A DNA stretch of 64,000 nucleotides from Promethearchaeati archaeon (GCA_013166775.1 JABLTJ010000007.1:1-64000), one strand, 5' to 3'; shown: positions 1 through 9,727, numbered from the stretch's first letter. Translations and numbers: made by a program. The notes: generated by a model not told the origin, from the sequence alone.

Positions 1-195
1 ATAAATCTTGTAGGATGAGAGATCCTCAAGTACAAAATAATTGTGTGCTTCGACTGTCGCAAACTGATTGTCATGAATTGCCCCATCGTCAAGGGATAAA
101 CCGATCAATATCCCTAATGGTATTGCAGTTACACAGACAAACACGATTGAAACAATCGCCAGTGCATTCAGAAATTTTAATCCTTTTCGTGCCAT
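1..195 (-). CDS. 5' part of a secreted/membrane-anchored protein, divergent from trmB; runs off the window edge
   Basis: Manual translation from ATG at 195: MARKGLKFLNALAIVSIVFVCVTAIPLGILIGLSLDDGAIHDNQF..., open to base 1; basic N-terminus plus hydrophobic helix; SD-like GGTGG just upstream. Confidence 0.7.
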   Translation of the reverse strand, partial: MARKGLKFLNALAIVSIVFVCVTAIPLGILIGLSLDDGAIHDNQFATVEAHNYFVLEDLSSYKIY

Positions 196-200
196 TTTTT

Positions 201-293
201 TACCACCGTAAGATTTTTCTCCACCGTAGTGGTGTAGAAATTTTCTTCACTATAGTGGTGAATGTTTCTAAACCTTTATAAATGTTTGCAAAC
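201..293. promoter_or_regulatory. Divergent promoter with candidate operator repeats and TATA box
   Basis: CACCGTAGTGGTG (222-234) and CACTATAGTGGTG (248-260) are 26 nt apart; TTTATAAA at 275-282; palindrome GTTTGCAAAC at 284-293; ATG at 308. Confidence 0.5.
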
Positions 294-307
294 AAACTAT
301 ATACAGA

Positions 308-1279
308 ATGACAAAAAAAGAGGCGTTAGTGGAAAAACTAAGATTAATGGGTTTCTCAGAATATGCCGCTAAAACATATCTTGCAATAGTACGTGTTGGA
401 AATTCCACACCAACAAAACTATCAGAAGCAGCAGAGGTTCCTAAAGGAAAGATATATGAGGTTTTAGAAGATTTATACAAAGATGGATTTGTTGGTAAAG
501 ATGAAAAATCTAAACCTATGAAATACTTTGCTGATAAACCAATTAAGCGATTTAAAAAATTTCTCAAGCAATTCAGTGAAGCTTCTAATGATCTGTTAGA
601 TGAATTGGAAAGATCATATGAAACGGCAGGTGGTGCTCATGACTATGGTTTCTATTCTGTAGGTAATTTTACTGATAAGCTTAATACTGAAGACTATACC
701 TATATCTTTGCAAAGGATGACAGTCTGTTCAATCGCTTCTTCGAAGGCAAGAAAGTAGTAGTAGAAGGTACATCTAGAGCACATAACTTCTATACAGTAG
801 GTGGGAGTTCAGATGCTTTAGTAGCATTTACAAGACATAGAATGATAGTTTTAATTGAAAAAGATGATAGAGTACAGTTTGTTTCAATAGAAGATCCTGT
901 ATTTGCTTCAGCAGTAGATCAATTGATGGCTTTATCTTCAATTAATAGAACACTTACAACAGAGATGGATGACATTCAAGAATTAGCAGGAGAAAAAATA
1001 CTTTATGTAGACTCTCTTCGACATGCAGAGGGGTCTGTATTCGGTCAAAATGGTACCCTTTGGATATCAAATAAAAGATTTTTTGTAAAGATTCCAGGAA
1101 AAGAAACATATGCTGTACCTGTTTTCGCAATCGAATCTTGTAAAGTTAATCCAGATGGAAGATTAGAGTTAATTGTAAAGGGTAGGGATAGAACAGAAGA
1201 GATTATCATTTATCCTGAATCAGATTCAGTAATAATAGTTAATTTAATCGATTTCATTTTGGAAAATGGAAAAAAATAA
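308..1279 (+). CDS. TrmB-family transcriptional regulator with C-terminal PH/GRAM-like domain
   Basis: N-terminal LRLMGFSEYAAKTYLAI...LSEAAEVPKGKIYEVLEDL..GFV...P.KY is the TrmB wHTH; C-terminal GEKIL..GTLWISNKRFFV..VPVFAIESC resembles a PH-like fold. Confidence 0.8.
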   Translation: MTKKEALVEKLRLMGFSEYAAKTYLAIVRVGNSTPTKLSEAAEVPKGKIYEVLEDLYKDGFVGKDEKSKPMKYFADKPIKRFKKFLKQFSEASNDLLDELERSYETAGGAHDYGFYSVGNFTDKLNTEDYTYIFAKDDSLFNRFFEGKKVVVEGTSRAHNFYTVGGSSDALVAFTRHRMIVLIEKDDRVQFVSIEDPVFASAVDQLMALSSINRTLTTEMDDIQELAGEKILYVDSLRHAEGSVFGQNGTLWISNKRFFVKIPGKETYAVPVFAIESCKVNPDGRLELIVKGRDRTEEIIIYPESDSVIIVNLIDFILENGKK

Positions 1280-1280
1280 G

Positions 1281-3224
1281 TTAGATTTGTTGTTTAAATT
1301 GAAACCTATCTGAACTTCTAATCTCTTCAAAACCATTTTCAATCTTTATGATTTCCATTCTTTTAGAGATTATGTCTGATTTTACTTCTAGTTCTTCAAG
1401 TTGGATTGTTTGTTCTAACAATTGTTCTTTTGCTTTGATAACCTTTAAAGCTAGAATATTGTATCCTTTCTCTTCTGCAATTTGCTGTGTTTCGGTTAAG
1501 ATTTTCCTTGCCTCTTTTGAATTTAATTCGAGTAAAGAGAGTTGAGATTTAAGCCATAAAATTTCGATTGAAAGATAGGGATTATCATTTAAACTACCAA
1601 TTTCGATTAGTTGGTTGAGATTTTTTCGAAGCTTAGTTAAAATCTTCTTGTCAGAAGTTTCTTTTAGTTCTTTTAGGAGGAGTTCACAAAGATTGAAAAG
1701 AATCTCTATGCGATCCAGATGATGTAAATCAACCTTGAGTAGTTGATCAAATATTAGTTCAGCTCTTACCCTCTCTCTAGGTAATTCACTTTTCTTGAGT
1801 ATTATTGCTTCTGCCATGAGTGCTTGATCTTTATATGGTTCATATTCAATTTCTTCTGTAATTTTAACTAGCTCTTCATAATATTCCTCAGCAAGTTCCT
1901 TTTTCTCAAATTCTAGTGCTAATTTTATGAGTAAATACAAAGCACCTGCAATTGCTGGTTTTATATTAAGCTCCCTTACACATCTTAGATACTCTTTTGC
2001 ATACTCACATGCTTGCTTAAAAATCCCTTTTCTTCTGTAAACAAACCCTATGCTGGCAAGTGTTCCCGTTAGCCCTCTTTTATCATTAATCTGTTCATAA
2101 TAAGCTAAAACTTCTTCTAACAATTTCAAGCCTTTATCCAACTCTCCTCTCCGAATGTATATTGTACTCAAATTTCGTAAATTTAGATTTGCATATTCCA
2201 ATCTTCCCAAGTTTTTGTTGATTTTCAAAGCTGTTTCCCAACATTGTAGTGCTTTTTCATCGTTTCCTAGAGAAGAATGCATTGCACCAATATTATTTAG
2301 GAAGTAACCATACTCCTCTCTTGCTCCTTTTTCAGACAAAATATCGTAAGCTTTTTGGAAATATTCAAGACCTTCTTTACGGTCTCCGATTTCAACATAA
2401 TAAATACCTAAACGATTGAATATATACCCAGTAAAACGTTCATTTCCTAGTTTCTCACAAATCTTCAAAGCTTTCTTTTGATATTCAAGTTGATATTTAT
2501 ATTCTCCCCTCACCCAATGTATCCCACCTAATTCATAAACTGATAAGCACTTATGATAATCGTTACCTATCTCCTCAGCAATACCTAATGTTTCCTCATA
2601 TAATGCTAGAGCTTTATCATAGTCATTAATCTCACAAAGATACTTAGCCTTATTATGCAAAAAACACAGTAGAATTTCCTTATCATTACTTTCTTGGATA
2701 AGTTGTATTGCTTCATCTAACATGCCAAAAGTTTTCTGATGATCCCAAATATAGTTCTTAATTATTAGCATCTTAGCTCTATTTTGTTCACATAATACAG
2801 ATAGAATTAATGCTTCTTGCGCCTTTGGTAAGGAAATCTTTTTGCTCTTAATTTCTTTATAAATCTGTTCTAAGAATTTTACTTCATTTAGGAACAATTG
2901 AGGATTGAAAATTTCTTTCAACTTGTATGTCGATAAATACCAAGCTTTTGTTTCTGCTATTAATTGTAAACTATCTGCTTTTTTGCTGAGTTTTGACGCT
3001 AGTGATGAGATCTGACAACTCCTCTCTAAATAATTATCCTCAACTTCAAACACACCTAATCTTGCATAACACTTACTCATAAGTATTAAAGCACGAATTT
3101 CGTCACTTATATTTAGTTCTTGCACTTCAATGCTTTTTTCTAGCTTTTCTAATGCATCACGATACTTTCCAATAATAATTAAGCTATTTACATCCTCTAA
3201 TTCTTTGGCGATTAAACCTGTCAC
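1281..3224 (-). CDS. Large tetratricopeptide-repeat protein
   Basis: Repeated ~40-aa TPR units (LNNIGAMHSSLGNDEKALQCWETALKI; YDKALALYEETLGIAEEIGN). Confidence 0.85.
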   Translation of the reverse strand: MTGLIAKELEDVNSLIIIGKYRDALEKLEKSIEVQELNISDEIRALILMSKCYARLGVFEVEDNYLERSCQISSLASKLSKKADSLQLIAETKAWYLSTYKLKEIFNPQLFLNEVKFLEQIYKEIKSKKISLPKAQEALILSVLCEQNRAKMLIIKNYIWDHQKTFGMLDEAIQLIQESNDKEILLCFLHNKAKYLCEINDYDKALALYEETLGIAEEIGNDYHKCLSVYELGGIHWVRGEYKYQLEYQKKALKICEKLGNERFTGYIFNRLGIYYVEIGDRKEGLEYFQKAYDILSEKGAREEYGYFLNNIGAMHSSLGNDEKALQCWETALKINKNLGRLEYANLNLRNLSTIYIRRGELDKGLKLLEEVLAYYEQINDKRGLTGTLASIGFVYRRKGIFKQACEYAKEYLRCVRELNIKPAIAGALYLLIKLALEFEKKELAEEYYEELVKITEEIEYEPYKDQALMAEAIILKKSELPRERVRAELIFDQLLKVDLHHLDRIEILFNLCELLLKELKETSDKKILTKLRKNLNQLIEIGSLNDNPYLSIEILWLKSQLSLLELNSKEARKILTETQQIAEEKGYNILALKVIKAKEQLLEQTIQLEELEVKSDIISKRMEIIKIENGFEEIRSSDRFQFKQQI

Positions 3225-3297
3225 TATCTTCCCCTTAGTGAAACATATAAACTAGGTTTAACAGAAATAAAACTTTTCCCCTGATTTGGAATTTATA

Positions 3298-4125
3298 CTA
3301 TATTAATACTTCAAGCCCAAAAGCAGATTCTATTAACTCAACGGATCTAGCAATAAAACGTGCAGCAGGAGCACCGTCAACAATATTGTGATCAATAGTG
3401 AAAGTCATATTGAGTATATCTCAAGGAACAACTTTTCCATCACTATAACCTGGTTTTTCTTTTATTCCACCTAATGCTAAATCTACAGTTCTTGTTGGAA
3501 AGTGAATTGCTCATCCTGCTACATTTTTTCCATACATTCCTAAAGCTGTTACACCAACAGTTCCGCTGAATTTAGTGATGAATTTCTTGTTCAATGCTAT
3601 CTTCTTTAGTAACATTCTACTGATAATATCAGGGACTATTCTGTACAGAATAAGTTGAAGCTTCCTCATTAGATTCTGCTCCCCCATCATCTGGTCTTGT
3701 TCCTCGATAACTTCCTCTTGTATCTTTCTGATCTCATCAGAGATTTCTATAACGTTTCTCTCCTCTGTTTTATCAATTACAGCCATAAAGGGAACTTTTT
3801 GCCCTTCTTTGGTCTGTTTCTCAACCATAATTCCAAATCTAATTTCTTGAGGAATAATGATCTTTCCTTTTTTAACTCTATAAGCATGAACAATTTTGTT
3901 TTCTTTGATAGCTTCACTAACACATTTGCTTATCCAACCTGTGAAAGAGATTCTTTTGTTATTTTTATCGTAGTAATCCTTTATGATTTTCCTAGCCTCA
4001 GTAACATCAACCTCTAGAAGACCTCTCATGTAAGGTAGAGCTGCAATTAACTCATTATAGGTCGAAAGAATTTGTCTTGTTAATGAGAAATTCTGGATTT
4101 CTTTATCCTTGTCTTTTTTAACCAT
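3298..4125 (-). pseudogene. Stand-alone 2-oxoacid dehydrogenase E2 acyltransferase catalytic domain with two in-frame TGA codons
   Basis: The ORF stops at TGA 3511-3513, but the frame continues: NVAG*AIHFPTRTVDLALGGIKEKPGYSDGKVVP*DILNMTFTIDHNIVDGAPAARFI...VLI, TAG at 3298-3300. The catalytic DHxxxDG lies after both stops. Confidence 0.8.
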
Positions 4126-4256
4126 AAATCGAAGAAATAAAACTTGTTTTTAAATGTTCTATCTCATTTAACAATCGCTGAAATAGTATAGGATAGAAAC
4201 GAAGCACATACATTTATAAGGTCCTTACTTTTTTTACATCAAAGGAGTGTTAGAAC

Positions 4257-4793
4257 TTGGAAGATGAGCTCAAAACCAAAAAAAAGGAAAAGCTCCAGAA
4301 AAAATCGGAACATCAAATCGAAGATCTAACGAGAGAGACTGTAGCAGAAATCAGAAAAGAAAACGGAAGTTTGGAACTAGAGTTGCCTGAAATTGAACGT
4401 GAGATACCTAAACTTGATGAAATAGTGAGAGAATTATATATCAATTCTTTACAAAGAACTGAAATATCAGCTCCTTTTGGTTATTATATTAAGAAAAACA
4501 AATTACACATAAAGAAAGAAGAATCTGGAAAAATAAAACTAATCTTTTCTTGGTTTTATAAACAGAAAAAGAGTTTAGAAGAAATCTCAGTGAAAGTTCA
4601 GTTAAGTATAACAAAAATCAAGAATATCTTGATAAACCCAGTATACTTTGGTAAAGTTATTTCTAATGGAGAAATTCGAAAAGGAAAACATCCAGCAATT
4701 ATAGACAAAAAATATTGTAAAAAGTACAATATAAATGCTGAAAAAATTATGAAAAGATATTTGTCATTAAGCTTAGAATCTAAAAATAAGTAG
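4257..4793 (+). CDS. Protein with the DNA-binding recombinase domain of large serine recombinases; no catalytic domain
   Basis: APFGY...IKLIF..F....SLEEI......IKNILINPVYFG......GKHPAIID pattern; no N-terminal YxRxS resolvase motif. Confidence 0.7.
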   Translation: MEDELKTKKKEKLQKKSEHQIEDLTRETVAEIRKENGSLELELPEIEREIPKLDEIVRELYINSLQRTEISAPFGYYIKKNKLHIKKEESGKIKLIFSWFYKQKKSLEEISVKVQLSITKIKNILINPVYFGKVISNGEIRKGKHPAIIDKKYCKKYNINAEKIMKRYLSLSLESKNK

Positions 4794-4846
4794 ATACATC
4801 AAGTTGATTATAACTATATCACATCTTTAGCAACAGATAGATGAAA

Positions 4847-5619
4847 TTAAATGCTACTGTTATTAGTCAGATTCCCTCCGCAGTTTCTACAAAATTTATA
4901 TTCCGTAGATACTATAGTTCCGCAATTTTCACATATTTTCTCTTTTATATGAGTTGAGTTTCATTCTTCAATTCTGAAGTTACTTGTTTAATTATCCAAT
5001 TGTCTTCAACAATGTTCTCCTTTAAACTCTTAAGATTTTTTCTTGCTGTTACAACAAATATAAAAATCATTATTAATTGAAAGAATAACAAAGTCCATAT
5101 CTCAATTCCAGTTGCTACTAAAAGAATATCTTCCCCTGATTCATCAACTGAACCTATCATTTTAGGAAAAAGAAAAAGTGATCTTAAGAAACCATATGCA
5201 ATAAATATAATACCTAATTCTGTGATTTTATTTTTTTTCAATATAATTCCAACTATTGAAAAGAAAAAACAATATAGCATATCCTCAAAAGGGAATATGT
5301 AATACTCTAAATTAATGAAACTTCTAATTGCTATAATTTGAAAAACAGCGCTAATTAATAGCGCAATTATTAATAGACTTTTGTATTTATCTATTTTTAA
5401 ATTACTTACAATAACAAGTAAGAATAGAAAGCACATAAATGCTAAAAATATACAAAGACTCACAATATAATATGTGTTTCCTAAAAAGAACATACTAATT
5501 GAAAATTCTTCTTTAGAGAATCCTGCATAAAGATCAAATATAGATTTTAACACTAGTAATATTATATTTATGCTGTATAAACTAACAATAGCTATTTTTT
5601 CTTGTTTAGTTTTTGACAT
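4847..5619 (-). pseudogene. Multi-pass membrane protein with C-terminal double zinc ribbon, frameshifted by a 5-bp duplication
   Basis: The 224-aa TM ORF ends at 4945; the shifted frame gives KICENCGTIVSTEYKFCRNCGGNLTNNSSI* (TAA 4847-4849). Removing one GAGTT of GAGTTGAGTT (4951-4960) fuses the two. Confidence 0.75.
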
Positions 5620-5738
5620 AAATTACTCTTCTAAAGCATATAAATTTAATGAAATAAAAATATTTCTAAATAAAAATACCAATAGTCTTTTTAATACTAT
5701 GAATTGCTATTAGAATTTAAATATATTTAATTAATTAA

Positions 5739-6629
5739 TTAATTAATATTCTTAAAAACAACTGAAGGTTCAGGTCTAGAAACTAATCTTCTGAATTTGT
5801 TCTTAGGTTTTCCAACTGCTAAACAAGCATGCAATAGATGATCATCTGGTAAATCTACAATATTTCTTATTTTCTTAGAATAATACCAGCTCTTATGGAG
5901 ATAGCCTATGAAAGTAGACCCTAATCCTAAGGTTTGTGTACCTAATGCGATATTTTGTGCAGCAATATTACAGTCCTCAATCGGAGATGGTACGTCTTTT
6001 GCAGCATGAAGAAGGATGAGTGTAGATGAGTTGTGAAATACTTTATCGATACCTTTTTCCCAATGATAGATGTGACTGTTTAAACGATAGAGGTTCTCTT
6101 TTGCTCTCATATAAGATTCTCTTTTACCTAGAAGTGTAATAAGAATCATCCAAAAGGGACTACTTAATCTTGATTTCATTTTCCTAAAAAGCTCAATCAC
6201 ATTATCAAGTAAGTATTCTATTTGTTCCCTTCCATCAATGATTGTATAACATACTTTCCTAGAGTTATGACCAGTAGGAGCATATCTTCCTAATTGGATT
6301 AGTTGATTGATTTCTTCCTTTGTAATCTTCCTAGTAGAGAATAATCTTATCGATCTTCTTTGTCTTATTGATTCTAAAATCTCATCATAAGATACTTGTT
6401 TACCTATGAGGGGAAAGTCTTCATCGATAGTACTAACATTTAATCTCTGATGTATAATTGCATCAACAGGACATACTGCGATACAATGACCACAATCATG
6501 ACAAGGATCAAAATCAGTGATAACTGCTTTCTTATTCTCAATACTGAATAAATATCTAGGACATACATCTACACATTTATTGCATCCAATACAACTATCT
6601 CGAATTTCTATTAGTGGAGAAGAACTCAT
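5739..6629 (-). CDS. Nitroreductase family protein with N-terminal 2x[4Fe-4S] ferredoxin
   Basis: CIGCNKCVDVCP and CHDCGHCIAVCP; RRSIRLF; APTGHN; LGLGSTFIG. Confidence 0.9.
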   Translation of the reverse strand: MSSSPLIEIRDSCIGCNKCVDVCPRYLFSIENKKAVITDFDPCHDCGHCIAVCPVDAIIHQRLNVSTIDEDFPLIGKQVSYDEILESIRQRRSIRLFSTRKITKEEINQLIQLGRYAPTGHNSRKVCYTIIDGREQIEYLLDNVIELFRKMKSRLSSPFWMILITLLGKRESYMRAKENLYRLNSHIYHWEKGIDKVFHNSSTLILLHAAKDVPSPIEDCNIAAQNIALGTQTLGLGSTFIGYLHKSWYYSKKIRNIVDLPDDHLLHACLAVGKPKNKFRRLVSRPEPSVVFKNIN

Positions 6630-6681
6630 CGCTTGATATTAAATTGACTTTTAAAAAAAGATTTTGTAAGAAATACTTCAT

Positions 6682-7257
6682 TTATACCTTGGAGAGTATT
6701 TCTTCTGCAAATTGCTTTGCATTTTTTATATCTTCATCATCAGGATGTATTTTAACTACTTGAATGTAATCATTCCATTCATCTTCTTCTGTAATAATCT
6801 GTTTTCGGATGAATTTCTCAATTGCATCAGAAGGTTTTCCCATACAATTAAAGTACCCTAGACATTCAATTTCCTTTTTCTTACAAGTCCATTCTAATGT
6901 TTTAGAAGCTTTTCCTGCCCATTTTTCGTAAAGGAGTTGCTTCCTTTCATCTTCATCAGGTAAATATGTGGAATGAGTAAGGAAACTTGCTAATTTGAAT
7001 CTAGGTGATTCAGGTAAGTCAGATAGTATATCCAGTACAGGTTTAGCAAAATCCGCGCTATGACAAGCAGAACCAATAAAAACTAAATCATAATCATCAA
7101 ATTCTTCTTTTTTTACTTCTTTGATGTCTTTCAGTATCGACTCATTGTTCTGGGCTGTCACTTCATTTATTGCTTCAGCTATCCTCTTAGTATTGTCTGT
7201 CTCACTATAATAAGTAACTAAAATTTTCATTTTCAAATCACTAATCAGATAAATCAC
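6682..7257 (-). CDS. Flavodoxin family protein (probable start ATG 7230)
   Basis: KILVTYYSETDNTKRIAEAI; YDLVFIGS; HPDDEDIKNAKQFA. Confidence 0.85.
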   Translation of the reverse strand: MIYLISDLKMKILVTYYSETDNTKRIAEAINEVTAQNNESILKDIKEVKKEEFDDYDLVFIGSACHSADFAKPVLDILSDLPESPRFKLASFLTHSTYLPDEDERKQLLYEKWAGKASKTLEWTCKKKEIECLGYFNCMGKPSDAIEKFIRKQIITEEDEWNDYIQVVKIHPDDEDIKNAKQFAEEILSKV

Positions 7258-7279
7258 TGTTTAGTAATTAAATGCTTGC

Positions 7280-8281
7280 TTATAGAGGAACAGGAAAGTC
7301 TTCCGGATGGGTTAAATCTTCTATGATCTCTTCTCTCTGCATTATAGGTTTAAAACCAAGTTTCTCTAATTTGCTTATATCGAACACCCATTCTTTTCCA
7401 ACCATTCGAGCATATTCTCTATTAACTACTGGTTCTTTCTTAGGAAAAAAAACTCGAGATATAGCTTCAAAAGCCCAAACAGCAAAGAAGAAAATAGGAT
7501 AAGGTAGATAAAATCTGAATCTATTTCTTCCTATAGTATGCATTTCTATATCTTTGATTAATTCTTTCCAAGTAACATCGCAGGAGATGGTGTTAAAAAC
7601 ATCACACTTTACTTTATTGGAATTGGAAACAACTTCTAAAGCTCTGCCTACATCATACGGATGAACTATTGAAAACCTGTGATCTGGTTTTCCCAAAATC
7701 GGGAGAAGATTTCTTTTGATGAATTTACCAATGACGGGGTAAACATGTCTATCTTCTTTGCCAAGAATCATAGGGAGACGAAGGATATTCCCTTTAATCC
7801 CCCTTTCCTTACAAACTTCAATAATTGTCTGTTCTGCTTTATATTTTGATTTTGTATAGATTCCGTGTGGTTTCAATCTGTGCTCTTCAGTTGTAGGAGA
7901 ATTTTTTATTCTGCCATAAATACTTGCAGTACTTGTATATGAGAATGTTTTTACACCATTGTTTATTGCAGCTTCTAGAAGATTTTTTGTACCATCAACA
8001 TTTATTGTAAAATATTCATTTCTTTTCACACTTCGATGAACTGCAGCTGCCATATGCCAGATATGATCTACATGAATATCACTAAAAATTTCATCTAATC
8101 TTTGTTTGTCAGTTAAATCTCCAACAATGTAGTCAACATTGGTTAGAGGTTCTTCAGGTTCTTTTCTTACGAGAGCATAAATCTCAGTATAACCTCGAGA
8201 AAGGAGATATTTGAGAACACCTTTTCCAGTGCAACCATTAGCTCCAGTAACAAAGATTGAATCCATGCAGATGTAGAACAA
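7280..8281 (-). CDS. NAD-dependent epimerase/dehydratase (extended SDR, 3-beta-HSD-like)
   Basis: IFVTGANGCTG; HMAA; NVDGTKNLL; YTKSK (YxxxK). Confidence 0.88.
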   Translation of the reverse strand: MFYICMDSIFVTGANGCTGKGVLKYLLSRGYTEIYALVRKEPEEPLTNVDYIVGDLTDKQRLDEIFSDIHVDHIWHMAAAVHRSVKRNEYFTINVDGTKNLLEAAINNGVKTFSYTSTASIYGRIKNSPTTEEHRLKPHGIYTKSKYKAEQTIIEVCKERGIKGNILRLPMILGKEDRHVYPVIGKFIKRNLLPILGKPDHRFSIVHPYDVGRALEVVSNSNKVKCDVFNTISCDVTWKELIKDIEMHTIGRNRFRFYLPYPIFFFAVWAFEAISRVFFPKKEPVVNREYARMVGKEWVFDISKLEKLGFKPIMQREEIIEDLTHPEDFPVPL

Positions 8282-8353
8282 ATCTACTATTAAAAAAAGG
8301 TTACTCTACATTTAATACAAAAAAACGAATTTTATGTGATATATCTAACTCGA

Positions 8354-8519
8354 AATATAAGACGACCAGGTGATGCACTTGTTGCTGCTTATTCAGCAAG
8401 GGATACAAATGACAGGAGAAGCTTTTTACGAAAAACTTGGAGATTGGAAACCACTCTATTCTTGGAAAGATGGAATAAAAGATGCTACTGATGACCATCT
8501 AAAATCAAAAGAAAAATAA
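8354..8519 (+). pseudogene. C-terminal remnant of a GalE-like nucleotide-sugar epimerase
   Basis: IRRPGDALVAAY (RRPGD at 8360-8374), then after a frameshift EKLGDWKPLYSWKDGIKDA...* (TAA 8517-8519), matching the RRPGD...LGWKPxYSLxxGI end of such enzymes. Confidence 0.5.
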
Positions 8520-8611
8520 TCTTTCTTTAGGTAGTATACTTGAAATTTTCAATTAGAAAAAAATTATTTCGATTAGAGTATTTATTTGTCATTTTTTAAA
8601 GAAAATTAAGG

Positions 8612-8657
8612 GTTTGTGCGAAAATTATCCACAAACGCATTTAGAATGCTTTATAAA
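8612..8657 (+). promoter_or_regulatory. Hydrogenase promoter: inverted repeat and TATA box
   Basis: GTTTGTG-N11-CACAAAC (8612-8636); TTTATAAA 8650-8657; ATG 8681. Confidence 0.5.
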
Positions 8658-8680
8658 GCCATTATAGATGGCAATCGCAG

Positions 8681-9727
8681 ATGAAAACTTATAAAATGGA
8701 TAAGGAAAAATTTCCAGAATTTGTTAAGTTAATTCAAACAAAAGGAAAGCTTTATGGTCCAGTCAAAAAGAATAATTTTCATTCTTTTGAAGAGATTAAT
8801 TCTTATGATGATTTGGTTTTTGACTACGAAAGGACTCAAATAGCACTTAAGAAATTCCTGACACCACCTAAATATACAACTCAAAAATATAGCAAGGATA
8901 AGGTTGAAGAGGTTTTACCTGATGCTAGAAAAACAATTGTTATAGGACCTCATCCTTGTGATATCCACGGAGTTAAAATTCTAGATCGTCTGTTTTTAGG
9001 TAATATAAAAGATCCATATTATGCAAAAAGAAGGGAAAATCTAATCATCATTGGCCATTCTTGTTTTCCAGATGATAAATGCTTCTGTCACTCCACTGGA
9101 ACAGATATGGTCGAAGATGGATTTGATATGTTCTTAACCAGTTTAAACGGTTATTATTTAGTATGGGTTGGTTCAGATGAAGGACTTAATATCGCAATAG
9201 CTGCAGAGGACTTGTTAGATGAAGATATTAATGAAGAAATGATTCAAGAATACGTTATTTGGCAACAACTCAGATCACAAAAATTCCAATCAGAAATACC
9301 ATATTTCAAATATCTCGCTGATATAATTGAACTGAATTATGATAGTGAAGTATGGGAGCAATTCGGAGAGAAATGCCTTTCTTGTGGAACTTGTAGCTTG
9401 GTATGTCCAACCTGTAACTGTTTCAATGTTACAGATATAATTTCCATGAACACAGAAGAAGGAACTCGTGAAAGAATGCTAGATAGCTGTATGTTACCTT
9501 ATTATTCTATGGTAGCAGGAGGCCACGACTTCAGAAAATCAAGAACAGATAGAATAAAATTGTACTACACTCATAAGCTGAAGGAATACATAGGCAAATG
9601 GGGAGGTCCCTCTTGTGTAGGCTGCGGGAGATGTGTAGATTACTGTCCAGTTGATATTAATGTTCTTACTGTTGCTAAGGCATTGTATGACGAAGTCGGT
9701 CAAACAAAGGAGGTTTTAGACTTATGA
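8681..9727 (+). CDS. hydB: Group 3b [NiFe] (sulf)hydrogenase beta subunit (Fe-S, AsrA-like)
   Basis: CLSCGTCSLVCPTCNCF; CVGCGRCVDYCP; HPCDIHG; operon context. Confidence 0.88.
   Translation: MKTYKMDKEKFPEFVKLIQTKGKLYGPVKKNNFHSFEEINSYDDLVFDYERTQIALKKFLTPPKYTTQKYSKDKVEEVLPDARKTIVIGPHPCDIHGVKILDRLFLGNIKDPYYAKRRENLIIIGHSCFPDDKCFCHSTGTDMVEDGFDMFLTSLNGYYLVWVGSDEGLNIAIAAEDLLDEDINEEMIQEYVIWQQLRSQKFQSEIPYFKYLADIIELNYDSEVWEQFGEKCLSCGTCSLVCPTCNCFNVTDIISMNTEEGTRERMLDSCMLPYYSMVAGGHDFRKSRTDRIKLYYTHKLKEYIGKWGGPSCVGCGRCVDYCPVDINVLTVAKALYDEVGQTKEVLDL

Noticed and set aside
15-567. ORFs 15..281 (+) and 268..567 (-)
   Set aside because: They overlap the better-supported minus-strand gene 1..195 and trmB; no recognisable motifs
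3421-3513. Genome-wide TGA recoding (Trp or Sec)
   Set aside because: TGA ends many complete genes (9727, 13116, 14001, 26946), TGG is used for Trp, and the in-frame TGAs map to different expected residues (W, R, C)
5715-5750. (TTAA)n AT-only palindromic run
   Set aside because: Expected low-complexity sequence at a gene end in an AT-rich genome
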